The translations under genes were made by a program, and so were the position numbers. The notes under the pieces were generated by a model, which did no database searches, was not told the DNA's origin, and saw only the letters and a program-made list of their open reading frames with translations. DNA of 64,000 nt from Tagaea sp. (lineage in GTDB: Bacteria; Pseudomonadota; Alphaproteobacteria; CACIAM-22H2): the NCBI GenBank assembly GCA_965279525.1, contig CBDIIB010000002.1, positions 192,001 through 256,000 on the forward strand, given 5' to 3'. Shown piece by piece: positions 23,461 through 32,786 of this stretch; the stretch's first letter is position 1, and each line of letters begins with the position of its first letter.

Positions 23461-24510
23461 TCAGTTCGCCTCCGCGACGGCGACTTCGTCGACCAGGGCC
23501 CGCCAGCGCAGGTCTTCGGGGATGCCGGGCTTGCGCTTGCCGAAGAACGTCGCGATCTGGGTACCGGCCGCGTCGTAGACCTCGAGCGACGTGACGATGC
23601 CGTCGTCGGTGGGCTTGCGCACGAGCCAGACGCTGTCGATGTCGGATTCCTTCAGGTGCAGGTTGAACGACGGGTCGAGCACGTTGAACCAGTCGCCCAT
23701 CTGCTTGAGCCGGTCGACCGGGCCGCTGTGGATCTGGATGCACCCTTCGTTGCCCACGAACACCATGATCGGCACCTTCGATGCCGACGCCGCTTCGAGT
23801 GCCCGGCGTGCGGCACCTGTGCCCAGCGGCCGGGCGAGGTCGGTGCCGGCCAGGCGCAGCGCCTGCAGCCGGCCGACGCGCAGCTTGCGCAGCATGCCGT
23901 AGAAATCGTGCGTGTCGCGAAGCGCGTTCCAGCTCGTGCGCAGGGCCGTGACGTCGATCTCGGAATCGGCGCGGTCTGGTGCTGCGGGAGCGACTGCGAC
24001 GAACGAGGGCGCAGCGACGTCGGCGGGTGCCGCGAACCGGCGCACGAACGCGTCGTAGGCGGCCATGTCGGTTTCTTCGGTGCAATGTATCTTGTGGACC
24101 GCGCGCCCGGCGGCGTCGAAGAACTGCAGGCTCGGGCGGCGCTTGGAACCCGCCTCGGGGCGCACCGCGAAGGCGTAGACCCAGTTGCGCAGGAACAGGC
24201 GCAGGTCGATATCCTCGCCCAGGGCCAGGCCCATCGGCCCGTTCGCCTCGACCTTCAGATAAGGGCCATGGCGCTCGTGCACGCAGCTTGCGTTGCGCGT
24301 CAGCGCCATCACGCGGCCCAGCGTGCCGACGGCCGGCAGCAATGTCGCCCAGTCGGACACCAGCCGCGTCACCTCGCTGCCCGCTTCGATCTGCAGTAGC
24401 GCCGCCTCGGGTTCGCCAAGCAGGCGGGCGGCATCGTAGATGCGCAACGACGGACGCTCGGCGGCAAGTGCCTGCCAGCGGGACGCGAGATCGGATGAAG
24501 TCGACAGCAT
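23461..24510 (-). CDS. hmuS: Hemin-degrading/trafficking factor
   Basis: MALTRN...VHERHG, IDLRLF, DTHDF, IMVFVGNEGCIQIHSG, FNLHL, KPTDDG (HemS/ChuS duplicated domain). Confidence 0.93.
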   Translation of the reverse strand: MLSTSSDLASRWQALAAERPSLRIYDAARLLGEPEAALLQIEAGSEVTRLVSDWATLLPAVGTLGRVMALTRNASCVHERHGPYLKVEANGPMGLALGEDIDLRLFLRNWVYAFAVRPEAGSKRRPSLQFFDAAGRAVHKIHCTEETDMAAYDAFVRRFAAPADVAAPSFVAVAPAAPDRADSEIDVTALRTSWNALRDTHDFYGMLRKLRVGRLQALRLAGTDLARPLGTGAARRALEAASASKVPIMVFVGNEGCIQIHSGPVDRLKQMGDWFNVLDPSFNLHLKESDIDSVWLVRKPTDDGIVTSLEVYDAAGTQIATFFGKRKPGIPEDLRWRALVDEVAVAEAN

Positions 24511-24521
24511 GGGATACTCCT

Positions 24522-25331
24522 TCAGTTGAGTTCGAAACGCACCGGTATCTCGACCCAGGCGACGATCGTGTCGCCGTCGCGTTTGGCGGGTTCGAAACGC
24601 CAGAGGCGCACGGCACCCAGCGCTGCGGCATCGAGAACCTCGATGCCCGACGAGCGCCAGACGACGATTTCGGATGACGAGCCGTCGGGCTGGACCAGGA
24701 CGCGCAGCACGGCCGTGCCGCGCTGGCCCAGTTCGACCGCGCGGCGCGGATAGACCGGCGGCTGCGGACGCTCGCGGAAGCGCGCGTCGGTGACGACGGG
24801 AACGGCGGCGGGTGCCGCGGGTGCCGGGGCCGTCGCGGCGGGAAGCGAAGCGGTGAACGCGACCGGGGCCGGTGTTTCGGCCGGAACTTCGGCGATCGCG
24901 GATGTTTCGGCCTGTGCGGCTTCGACGGCGGGCGGTGCCTCGGCGACCGCCGGTGCCGCAGCCGGCTTGGGCGGACGCGGCACACGCGGGCGCGCCGGCT
25001 TTGCGGGAAGGGGCGGCTTCGCAGGAACGGGGGCCGGTGCCATCTCGGCGACCGTCGTTTCGATGACGGGCAGCGGCTCGGGCTCGATCTCGACCGGCGG
25101 CTCGGGTTCGGCAACGGCCGCTTCAGGTGCCGGTGCCGGTGCGGCGGCTTGTGCCGGCGGTGCGGGCATCTCGAAGAGGACGGCGTAGGTCGGTGCCGGT
25201 TCGGGCGGAGCCGGTGCGACGACGAAAGCCGCCGCCACGCCGAACGCCAGCCCGTGACCGACAAGGGACAAGAAGGCCGCCCGCGGGTGGAACCCGCTGC
25301 CGTCCGAGGCGAGGGCGGCCGACTGTCGCAT
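24522..25331 (-). CDS. tonB: TonB family energy transducer
   Basis: TM helix with His (SLVGHG), Pro/Glu-rich linker, PVYPRRA...SSG..LDAAAL...VRF C-terminal domain. Confidence 0.88.
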   Translation of the reverse strand: MRQSAALASDGSGFHPRAAFLSLVGHGLAFGVAAAFVVAPAPPEPAPTYAVLFEMPAPPAQAAAPAPAPEAAVAEPEPPVEIEPEPLPVIETTVAEMAPAPVPAKPPLPAKPARPRVPRPPKPAAAPAVAEAPPAVEAAQAETSAIAEVPAETPAPVAFTASLPAATAPAPAAPAAVPVVTDARFRERPQPPVYPRRAVELGQRGTAVLRVLVQPDGSSSEIVVWRSSGIEVLDAAALGAVRLWRFEPAKRDGDTIVAWVEIPVRFELN

Positions 25332-25333
25332 GT

Positions 25334-27358
25334 CTAGAAGCGCAAGCTCACGGCGAGCTTGGCATTGCGCCCGATTTCGTAGAACGGGGCCGGCGTCGCC
25401 GAGTTCCAGTTCGAGCGGCGGTAGACCTTGTCGAACACGTTGTCGACCGAGAAATCGACGCGCAGGTCCTTGAGCGCTTCGTCGGTCGGCTGCCAGCTCG
25501 CGAACGTGTCCCACACCGCGTAGCCGCCGGTCGTCGGCGTTCCGGACGGCACGCGCTTCTGGGCGGCGGTGGCGACCGTGCGCCCGCCGATCGTGATGCC
25601 GCTGCCGAGGAAGCGGTAGCCCAGCGAGAGCGATGCCTTGTCGGCCGGCGTGTCGGAAAGCGGCTGGTTCGTGACGAGGTTGTCGCCGCGCAGTGCCGTC
25701 GCACCCACCGAGCCGAACCAGGTGCGCGCGTCGTAGCGCACTTCGGCTTCCGCACCCTTGATGCGCGCCGACGCGACGTTGGTGATGGTCGACGTCGTCG
25801 CGGTCACGACCTCCGAGATGTAATCCGTGAGGTCGTTGACGAAATAGGCGCCGCGCGCGCGCAGCCGGTCGCCGGGCAGCAGCACGTCGGAGAAGCGAAG
25901 GTTGACGCCGCCTTCCTTGTTCTCGGACGTCTCGGGGCGCACGTTTGGGTTCACGACCCAGTTGTTGCCCGGGAAGTGCTGGCCGCTGATATAGACCTCG
26001 GTCAACGAGGGAACGCGGAACGCTTCGGCATAGGAGATGTAAGGCGACATCCACGGCGTCACGTGCACGGCGATCGAGGCCTTGGGCGAGAAATGGTCGA
26101 CGTCCTTGCGGATCGCGTTGCCGCTCGATTCCTGGGTGAACTTGTCGTAGCGCATGCCCGGCGTGAACGTGGCCCACTTGCCGAAGTCGATCTCGTCCTG
26201 GACGAACAGGCCGTAGATCCGCTGCTCTGATTCCGGATAGTCGGCGCGCGGCGCCCCGTTGCGGCGGCTTTCCTGCGCGTCGACATAGCCGTCGACGCCG
26301 TAGGTCAGCGCATGCCTGTCGATGCTGCCGATCTCGAAGCGCGACGTGTTCTGGATGTCGAAGCCGTTGGTCACGAGGTTGGTGTCGTCGCGCCGGTTGA
26401 TCGTGCTTGCGGCACCGCCGACACCCTTCTCGAAGATGTCGATCATGTTGCGGTAGGCGACAACCTTGAGGTCGACGATCCGGTTGGAAGGTGCGGCATA
26501 GGCCCAGTTGACCGCGTAGCTGTGCTGGCGCGTGTCGCGGTCGGTGATCGTCGAGTTCGCCGTGGAGTTGCCGAGATTGGCGTCGAGCGGGATCGTGTGG
26601 TCGTCGTGGAACTGGATCGTCGAGAAGCCGATGCGGTTGCCCGGGGCGATGTCATAGCCGAGCTTGAACAGGCCGCTGTAGATCTGGTCGTTCGACCACG
26701 GGATGTCGGTGCCCTTGGCGTCGTGGAAGTTGCCGTTCGAGCGGCGCGTCACGTTCGCCAGGATGTCGGCGCCGCCGCTCTTCATCGCGCCGGTGAGGCT
26801 GGCGAGGCGCTGCGAGTTGTTGGTGTGGTAGCCGACCTTGGCGCGCCCGCCGAGCGTGGCGCCGGGCTTCAGGATGTCTTCGGCTTCGATCGTGCGCATG
26901 TTGACCACGCCGCCGACCGCACCGCTGCCGAACAGCAGCGAGCCGGGGCCGCGCACCACGTCGACCTGCTTGAACAGGTCGGGGTCGATGAACAGGCGGC
27001 CGCGGTGGCCGGCCGAGAAGTTGTTGCGCACGCCGTCGACGCGCATCACGACGCGCTCGTCCGACAGGCCGCGGATCGTGATCTGCTTCACCGTGTTGCG
27101 CGGCACGCCGCTGGCGTCGACGCCGGGCATGTCCTTGAGCAGGTCGTCGATGCTCTGCGGCTGGCGGCGCTCGATCTCTTCCTGGTCGACGACCGATACC
27201 GACGTGGCGGCATCGCCCGCGATGGTCTGGGTGCGTGTGGCGCTCGTCACGACGGCGTCGAGCGGCGTGACGGCGTTCTGGGCGCCTGCCGCGAACGGCA
27301 GCAGGGCGAGGGCGGCGGTAGAAAGCAACGTGCGGCGCAGGCTGGCCATGGGCTTCAA
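25334..27358 (-). CDS. TonB-dependent heme/hemoglobin receptor (HmuR/ShmR-like)
   Basis: TonB box DAVVTSAT, plug IRGL...AGHRG, FRVP-H-NPNV variant of the FRAP/NPNL heme-receptor motif, C-terminal Phe. Confidence 0.92.
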   Translation of the reverse strand: MKPMASLRRTLLSTAALALLPFAAGAQNAVTPLDAVVTSATRTQTIAGDAATSVSVVDQEEIERRQPQSIDDLLKDMPGVDASGVPRNTVKQITIRGLSDERVVMRVDGVRNNFSAGHRGRLFIDPDLFKQVDVVRGPGSLLFGSGAVGGVVNMRTIEAEDILKPGATLGGRAKVGYHTNNSQRLASLTGAMKSGGADILANVTRRSNGNFHDAKGTDIPWSNDQIYSGLFKLGYDIAPGNRIGFSTIQFHDDHTIPLDANLGNSTANSTITDRDTRQHSYAVNWAYAAPSNRIVDLKVVAYRNMIDIFEKGVGGAASTINRRDDTNLVTNGFDIQNTSRFEIGSIDRHALTYGVDGYVDAQESRRNGAPRADYPESEQRIYGLFVQDEIDFGKWATFTPGMRYDKFTQESSGNAIRKDVDHFSPKASIAVHVTPWMSPYISYAEAFRVPSLTEVYISGQHFPGNNWVVNPNVRPETSENKEGGVNLRFSDVLLPGDRLRARGAYFVNDLTDYISEVVTATTSTITNVASARIKGAEAEVRYDARTWFGSVGATALRGDNLVTNQPLSDTPADKASLSLGYRFLGSGITIGGRTVATAAQKRVPSGTPTTGGYAVWDTFASWQPTDEALKDLRVDFSVDNVFDKVYRRSNWNSATPAPFYEIGRNAKLAVSLRF

Positions 27359-27382
27359 TCCTCGATCTCGTGTGAGGACCTG

Positions 27383-27426
27383 GGCTGGCTGGCTTCCCGA
27401 CGTTGGATGTCGGCTGGCTGGCTGGC
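27383..27426 (-). promoter_or_regulatory. (GCCA)n repeats flanking a hairpin in the receptor 5' UTR; candidate HmuP-responsive element
   Basis: On the minus strand GCCAGCCAGCCAGCC-GACATCCAACGTCGG-GAAGCCAGCCAGCC lies between hemP and the receptor. Confidence 0.6.
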
Positions 27427-27443
27427 GGACGGTCGTGGGGGTG

Positions 27444-27620
27444 TTACTTCGTCAGCAGGAGCTTGCCGTTCTTCGTGACGCGCAGCAGATAGGCCTCGCC
27501 GCCATGCAGGATGCTCAGCTCCTGGCGCCCGGCCAGAAGCACCTTGCTGTCGACCGCGCGCAGGTCGGCCGGGGCAGGTGCGGGTTGCTGGACAGGCGGC
27601 GACGTCGTCTGGGTTGTCAT
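27444..27620 (-). CDS. hemP: Hemin uptake regulator HemP/HmuP
   Basis: DSKVLLAGRQELSILHGGEAYLLRVTKNGKLLLTK signature. Confidence 0.93.
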   Translation of the reverse strand: MTTQTTSPPVQQPAPAPADLRAVDSKVLLAGRQELSILHGGEAYLLRVTKNGKLLLTK

Positions 27621-27652
27621 CGCGGCACAAGTAACATGTGGAAAATTATAAT

Positions 27653-27671
27653 GCAAATGATTCTCATTATC
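27653..27671 (-). promoter_or_regulatory. Fur box
   Basis: Minus strand GATAATGAGAATCATTTGC versus consensus GATAATGATAATCATTATC, directly upstream of the heme-uptake operon. Confidence 0.88.
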
Positions 27672-27719
27672 ATAATATGACTTTATATATCATGACTTTA
27701 AGGGAGAAAATGGGCCCGA

Positions 27720-28751
27720 TTATCGCGCATCGAGGAACGCGCGCAGCGTCGGCGCCCATTTCCCGGCATCGGCACCCGATGCCTGGTGGCCGAACTCGCT
27801 GTCGATCTCGAAATACGCGGCTGCCACCCCGGCGGCGGCCAGCTTCGCCATCACCGGCTCGCGCAGCGCCGGCGGGAACAGCCGGTCGGTGCGCGACAGG
27901 ATGTAGAGGACGCGTGCGCGGATCTTCGCCAGTTCGGGCTCCGCGTCGTAGGCCTGCGAGGCGCGCATCAGCGCCACCAGCGAATTGGCGTCGAACTCCT
28001 TGGCCCACTGCGCCGCACGCCGGTCGATCTCCGCGCGCCGCGCGGCGGGATCGGGAAACGCTGCGGCGAGTTCTTCCATGGCGCCGTATTTGAGAAGCGT
28101 TTCGACGCGCAGCTCCGCCATCGCGGAATCGATGCCGCCATTGGCGTAATAGTGGCCGCCGTTCCAGTTCGGGTGCTGTGCGAAGCGCGCGACGAGGCGC
28201 TCGTCGGCACCGGCATCGCGCGGCGCGCGCAGGTCGGTGATGACGGGCACGATCGCGTCGACGAAATCGGGATGGCGCACGCCCCACGTGAACGCCTGGA
28301 AGCCGCCATAGGACGGACCGACGACGGCGGCGAGACGCTTCACACCCAGCGCTTCGAGCATCGCGCGCTGGGCCGCGACCATGTCGGGCAGCGAGAAGCG
28401 CGGGAAATCTGGGCCGTAGGCGCGCCCGGTGCGCGGATCGATGTCGCGCGGGCAGCTCGAGCCATAGGACGAGCCCAGCATGTTCGAGCTGACGACGAAG
28501 TACCGGTCGGTGTCGATCGCCTTGCCCGGCCCCACCAGCGGACCCCACGAACCTTCGCCCGACGGCCCGTGCGTGTCGGTGAAGCGGTGGCTCGACGTGA
28601 AGCCGTGCGTGACGAGCACCGCGTTGCGTCCGTCGGGGGCGAGCGTTCCATACGAGACGAACGCGATCTTCGCCTCCGGAAGGATCGCGCCCGATTCGAG
28701 GCGGAAATCGCGGATCGTGTGGGCGCGGTCGGGGGCGAAATTCTGGGTCAT
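27720..28751 (-). CDS. Alpha/beta hydrolase, homoserine O-acetyltransferase (MetX)-like
   Basis: YGTL...NAVLVTHG, GPGKAIDTDRYFVV, GPSYGG nucleophile elbow, DRLFP, FGH. Confidence 0.85.
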   Translation of the reverse strand: MTQNFAPDRAHTIRDFRLESGAILPEAKIAFVSYGTLAPDGRNAVLVTHGFTSSHRFTDTHGPSGEGSWGPLVGPGKAIDTDRYFVVSSNMLGSSYGSSCPRDIDPRTGRAYGPDFPRFSLPDMVAAQRAMLEALGVKRLAAVVGPSYGGFQAFTWGVRHPDFVDAIVPVITDLRAPRDAGADERLVARFAQHPNWNGGHYYANGGIDSAMAELRVETLLKYGAMEELAAAFPDPAARRAEIDRRAAQWAKEFDANSLVALMRASQAYDAEPELAKIRARVLYILSRTDRLFPPALREPVMAKLAAAGVAAAYFEIDSEFGHQASGADAGKWAPTLRAFLDAR

Positions 28752-28808
28752 GCGGGCGACCGTAGGATGTCGGCCGCTCCCCTGTCCATTTTCCGGAAAA
28801 ATACAAAT

Positions 28809-28837
28809 TTGACTCTTTTTGCACTCCAGCATATGAA
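28809..28837 (+). promoter_or_regulatory. Putative sigma70 promoter of the tauD-like operon
   Basis: TTGACT-N17-TATGAA; palindrome TTTTCCGGAAAA just upstream (28789-28800). Confidence 0.5.
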
Positions 28838-28884
28838 TTCGTCACCTCCCGATTCCAGATCCCGTTGCCCGAGGTGCCGCGCCC

Positions 28885-29793
28885 GTGACCCTGCTGGACA
28901 TCCAATCGGCCAAGATTTCCGTCAATCCGGTGTCGGCAGCACTTGGCGCCGACATTTCCGGCGTCGACCTCGATGCCCTTGGTGACGATCAATTTGACCT
29001 GATCCGCGCAGCACTCGACACGCATCTGGTGCTGCGGTTCCGCGGCACGAAGCTCAGTGACCAGGCCTTCACGCGCTTTGCCGCGCGCTTCGGCGACATC
29101 CTGCCGTCGCCCAGTTACACGCGCTCGCGCCCGGTCTACATCCCCGACGCACCCTTGGTGACGGTGATCTCGAACGTCACCGAGGACGGCAAGCCGGTCG
29201 GCGAGCATGGTGACGGCGAGCTGCACTGGCACACCGATCTCGCCTTCACCGAAACGCCGTCGGCGCTGACGATGCTGCTGGCGCGCGAGGTGCCGCCCGC
29301 CGGCGGCAACACGAGCTTCACCAACATGTACCGCGCCTACGAGATGCTGCCCGAAGAGCTGCGCAAACGCCTCGCGATGCTGAAGCTGAAGCACCAGGCG
29401 AGCCACAACGCGCAGGGCGGCAAGCGGCCGGGCTACCGCCATCTCAACATCGACGATCCGCGCGAGATGCCGGGCCCGCTCCACCCGATGGTGCGCGTGC
29501 ATCCCACCAGCGGACGCGCCGCGCTCTATCTCGGACGGCGCTTCGGCGCCTATGTCCCGGGCCTGACATTGGCCGAAAGCGAAGCGCTGCTGGACGAAGT
29601 GTGGCGCAACGCGATCTCGCCGGCGAATGTCTGGTCGCAGACCTGGCAGGTCGACGATCTGGTCGTATGGGACAACCGCGCCACGATGCACCGGCGCGAG
29701 GCTTTCACCGGCCAGGGCCGCCGGCGCATGCACCGGCTGACGACGCGCGGCGAAAAGCCGGTCGGCCTCGTCGCCGATCCGGTCGAGTTCTGA
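28885..29793 (+). CDS. TauD/TfdA family 2-oxoglutarate/Fe(II) dioxygenase
   Basis: WHTD, GGNTSF, HPMVRVHP, WDNRATMHRR motifs. Confidence 0.92.
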   Translation: MTLLDIQSAKISVNPVSAALGADISGVDLDALGDDQFDLIRAALDTHLVLRFRGTKLSDQAFTRFAARFGDILPSPSYTRSRPVYIPDAPLVTVISNVTEDGKPVGEHGDGELHWHTDLAFTETPSALTMLLAREVPPAGGNTSFTNMYRAYEMLPEELRKRLAMLKLKHQASHNAQGGKRPGYRHLNIDDPREMPGPLHPMVRVHPTSGRAALYLGRRFGAYVPGLTLAESEALLDEVWRNAISPANVWSQTWQVDDLVVWDNRATMHRREAFTGQGRRRMHRLTTRGEKPVGLVADPVEF

Positions 29794-29795
29794 GC

Positions 29796-30554
29796 TTGGC
29801 GAACCTGCGCGCCCTGCCTTCCGTCCCGCCGGCCGAGGAAGAGCCGGTCGAGGGCGCGCGCCGCACGCTGGCCAGCCGCGTGTTCGACCAGCTGCGCCGG
29901 CTCATCGACCGCGGCGAGTTTCCGCGCGATTTCAAGCTGCCGACCGAGGCGGAGCTCGGCACGCGCTTCGGCGTGTCGCGCGTCGTGGTGCGCGGCGCGC
30001 TCCAGCGGCTGCGCGAGGCGGGTTATATCCGCTCGCTGCAGGGCTCGGGCAGCGTGGTGGTGCGCGGGCCCGAGTTCGGCGCACTCGTCTATCCCGCCGT
30101 ACAGACGATCGGCGATCTCGAACGGCTCTACGAATTCCGCATCACCGTCGAAGCGCAGTCGGCCGAGCTTGCCGCGCGCATGCACACGCAAGCGACGCTC
30201 GACGGGATCGAGGAAGCGCTGCGCGAGGCCGACCGCATGCTGGTGCTCGGCACGCCCGAGCTTGCCGCCGATCTCAATTTCAGATTCCACCGCGCCGTGG
30301 CGCTCGCCACCGGCAATCCCTATTTCATCGTCACGCTCGAACGCATCCCCAACCTGATCGGGTTCGGACGCGTGCAGGTGCGCAATTTCGGCCTCGAAGA
30401 CCCGATCGCGCGGCTGCGCGGCATCGGCGCCGACCACTGGTCGATCTTCGAGGCGATCCGCAGCCGCGATGCCCAGCGCGCGCGCGCCGAGATGGAAAGC
30501 CATATCGGTGCCGCGCGGAAGCACATCTTCGAACGCCAGCCGATCTCGGAATGA
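29796..30554 (+). CDS. GntR/FadR family transcriptional regulator
   Basis: KLPTEAELGTRFGVSRVVVRGAL wHTH and FCD domain (FHRAVA...GNP); TTG start inferred. Confidence 0.88.
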   Translation: MANLRALPSVPPAEEEPVEGARRTLASRVFDQLRRLIDRGEFPRDFKLPTEAELGTRFGVSRVVVRGALQRLREAGYIRSLQGSGSVVVRGPEFGALVYPAVQTIGDLERLYEFRITVEAQSAELAARMHTQATLDGIEEALREADRMLVLGTPELAADLNFRFHRAVALATGNPYFIVTLERIPNLIGFGRVQVRNFGLEDPIARLRGIGADHWSIFEAIRSRDAQRARAEMESHIGAARKHIFERQPISE

Positions 30555-30579
30555 AAAAAGAAAACCGGAGGACCCCCAC

Positions 30580-31866
30580 ATGACGCTCGACCGCCGCAAT
30601 TTCCTGGCCGGATCCGCGGGTGCGCTGGCACTCGCATCCGGCGCCATGCCCGTGCACGCCCAGGCCCGCAAGTTCGTGGTGATGTGCCACGCGGTCCACC
30701 AGCGCGCGATCAGCGACGCCAAGGGCGGCGATTCGACCGCCGCGTGGCGCCAGCAGACGGGCATGGAGGTCGAATGGCTGACCTTCGGCGTCGAGGCGGT
30801 GCACGAGCGCGTCTACCGCGAGGCCTCGCTGTCGCAGGGCGGCGTGGACGTGGCGCTGATCCTCGAGCGCTTCGGCGGCCCGCACATCGCCCCGCTGTTC
30901 GAGGATCTGGGCCCCTGGCAGGCGAAGGATCCGATCGAGGACATCGCCGAGATCGGCGCCGGCATGCGCGCCGCACACACCTATGGCGGACGCACGATCG
31001 GCATCCCCTATCGCCACGCCACGCACGGGCTGTTCTACAACGAGGAGATCTTCAAGGAGCGCGGCATCACCCGCGCCCCCGAGACGTTCGAGGACGTGAT
31101 CGAGTTCGCCGAGAAGTGCTCTTTCGTGCGGCCGGACGGCACGCGCGTCAACGGCTTCGCGACGTCGATGGACGATCCGTCGGGCATCGGCGACGTGATC
31201 CGCGCCTTCGGCGGAAATTTCATCTCGAACGACTACAAGTTCCGCGCCGACGAGCCCGAGGCGGTGCGCGCCATCACGCTGCTGCGCGACTGGTATCGCA
31301 AGCAGGTGATCCCGCGCAACATGATGACCTTCAAGACCGAGGAAGTGATCACCGCGATCCAGCAGGGCCGTGCGGCGATCACCAACCAGCCCTTCGGCCG
31401 CTTCCTCAACTACAACGATCCCAAGCAGAGCAAGTATCCCGGTGCCATCAAGGTGGGCAACATCCCGCTGCTGAAGTCGCTCGGCAAGCCCGGCCTGTCG
31501 CCGGCCAAGACGTCGGTCTGGGCGCTGGCGATCCCGAAGAACGCGCGCGACAAGGCCGCGTCGTGGAGCTTCATCAAGGAAGTCTCAAGCAAGGCGAGCA
31601 CGATCCGCGCGGCCGTCAACGGCAACGGGCCGGTGCGCTTCTCGGCCTACGACGATCCCAAGGTGCGCGAGCTCGCCCCGTTCTCGGATTTCGAGCGCAA
31701 GGCGCTGCCCACGGCCGTGCTGGTGCTGCCCGGCTTCGAGCAGGCCGCGCGCGCGATGGACATCTTCATGGAAGAGGTCCAGCGCGTGATGCTCGGCCAG
31801 GCCGAGCCGCTCGACGGCATGAAGTCGGCCCGCGCGCGCATCGAGCCCCTTCTGCCCAAGGCGTGA
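30580..31866 (+). CDS. Carbohydrate-type (CUT1) ABC transporter substrate-binding protein with Tat signal
   Basis: DRRNFL twin-arginine motif; GIPY...LFYNEEIF; GGAGG RBS. Confidence 0.88.
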   Translation: MTLDRRNFLAGSAGALALASGAMPVHAQARKFVVMCHAVHQRAISDAKGGDSTAAWRQQTGMEVEWLTFGVEAVHERVYREASLSQGGVDVALILERFGGPHIAPLFEDLGPWQAKDPIEDIAEIGAGMRAAHTYGGRTIGIPYRHATHGLFYNEEIFKERGITRAPETFEDVIEFAEKCSFVRPDGTRVNGFATSMDDPSGIGDVIRAFGGNFISNDYKFRADEPEAVRAITLLRDWYRKQVIPRNMMTFKTEEVITAIQQGRAAITNQPFGRFLNYNDPKQSKYPGAIKVGNIPLLKSLGKPGLSPAKTSVWALAIPKNARDKAASWSFIKEVSSKASTIRAAVNGNGPVRFSAYDDPKVRELAPFSDFERKALPTAVLVLPGFEQAARAMDIFMEEVQRVMLGQAEPLDGMKSARARIEPLLPKA

Positions 31867-31908
31867 GGCGGTTTCGTCCGACGAGCGGCACACGTTAGTA
31901 TCGACGGC

Positions 31909-32786
31909 ATGACGCGCCTGCGGCCCATCCACTACCTGATGCTCACGCCGGCGCAGCTGCTGCTCGTCGCCTTCGTGCTGCTGCCGTCGGTCTATGTCGG
32001 GTGGATGAGCCTGAACCAGTGGTCGATGACGGCGGAGCCCACCTTCGTGGGGCTTTGCCAACTACGCGAAGATCTTCGCCGACCGGACCTTCTGGCGCGC
32101 CTCGTGGAACACGTTTCGTCGTCGTCAACATCGTCGTCTATGGCGAGATGGCGCTGGGCCTCGGGCTCGCGTTCCTGCTCGCGGGCTGGATGCCGGGCAA
32201 GCGCGTGCTGATCGCGTTGCTGATCGCCCCCTATGCGGTGACGGAAGTCAGCGCCGTCGTGATGTGGCGCTACGTGTTCGAACCCGACATCGGCATGGCG
32301 AACTGGGCCTTGCAGCAGATCGGCCTCGACCAGCTCGACTGGACGGGCAGCCCGTTCGACGCGCTGGTGCTCGTGTCGGTGCTCAGCATCTGGATCCACA
32401 CGCCGTTCACGTTCCTGCTGCTCTACGCGGCCGTCACGACGATCCCGGGCGAGCAGGTGGAAGCAGCCCATATCGACGGGGCGAGCGCCTGGCAGACCTT
32501 CTGCTATGTGAAACTTCCCGCGATCATGCCGGCCCTGCTGATCGCCCTCATGTTCCGCTACATCACCGCGATGCGCGTGTTCGGCGAGGTGTGGTTGCTG
32601 ACCGAGGGTGGCCCCGCACGCCTCACCGAAGTGCTCGCGGTCTATCTCTACCGCGAGGCGTTCCGCTACCACTCGTTCGGCGTGGGGGCGGCGACGGGCA
32701 TCGCGATGCTGGCGATCTCGCTGGTGATCGCGTTGCCGTACCTGCACCAGATGTACAAGCGGATGTTCGGCCATGCGCGCACCTAG
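31909..32786 (+). pseudogene. CUT1 ABC permease with two +1 frameshifts (pseudogene or sequencing error)
   Basis: Removing one T at 32054-32056 and one at 32114-32116 restores FVGLANYAKIFADRTFWRASWNTFVVVN... through EAAHIDGAS. Confidence 0.8.

Noticed and set aside
24790-25220. Low-complexity GCCGGT-type repeats
   Set aside because: They encode the Pro/Ala/Glu-rich linker of TonB.
20806-26177. Apparent giant fusion ORFs (771, 615, 892, 551 aa) in the heme locus
   Set aside because: Stop-free upstream extensions; true starts are internal (21588, 22589, 23458, 25331).
32050-32120. Programmed ribosomal frameshifting in the permease
   Set aside because: It would need two successive shifts and no slippery heptamer or stimulator is evident; indel error is more parsimonious.
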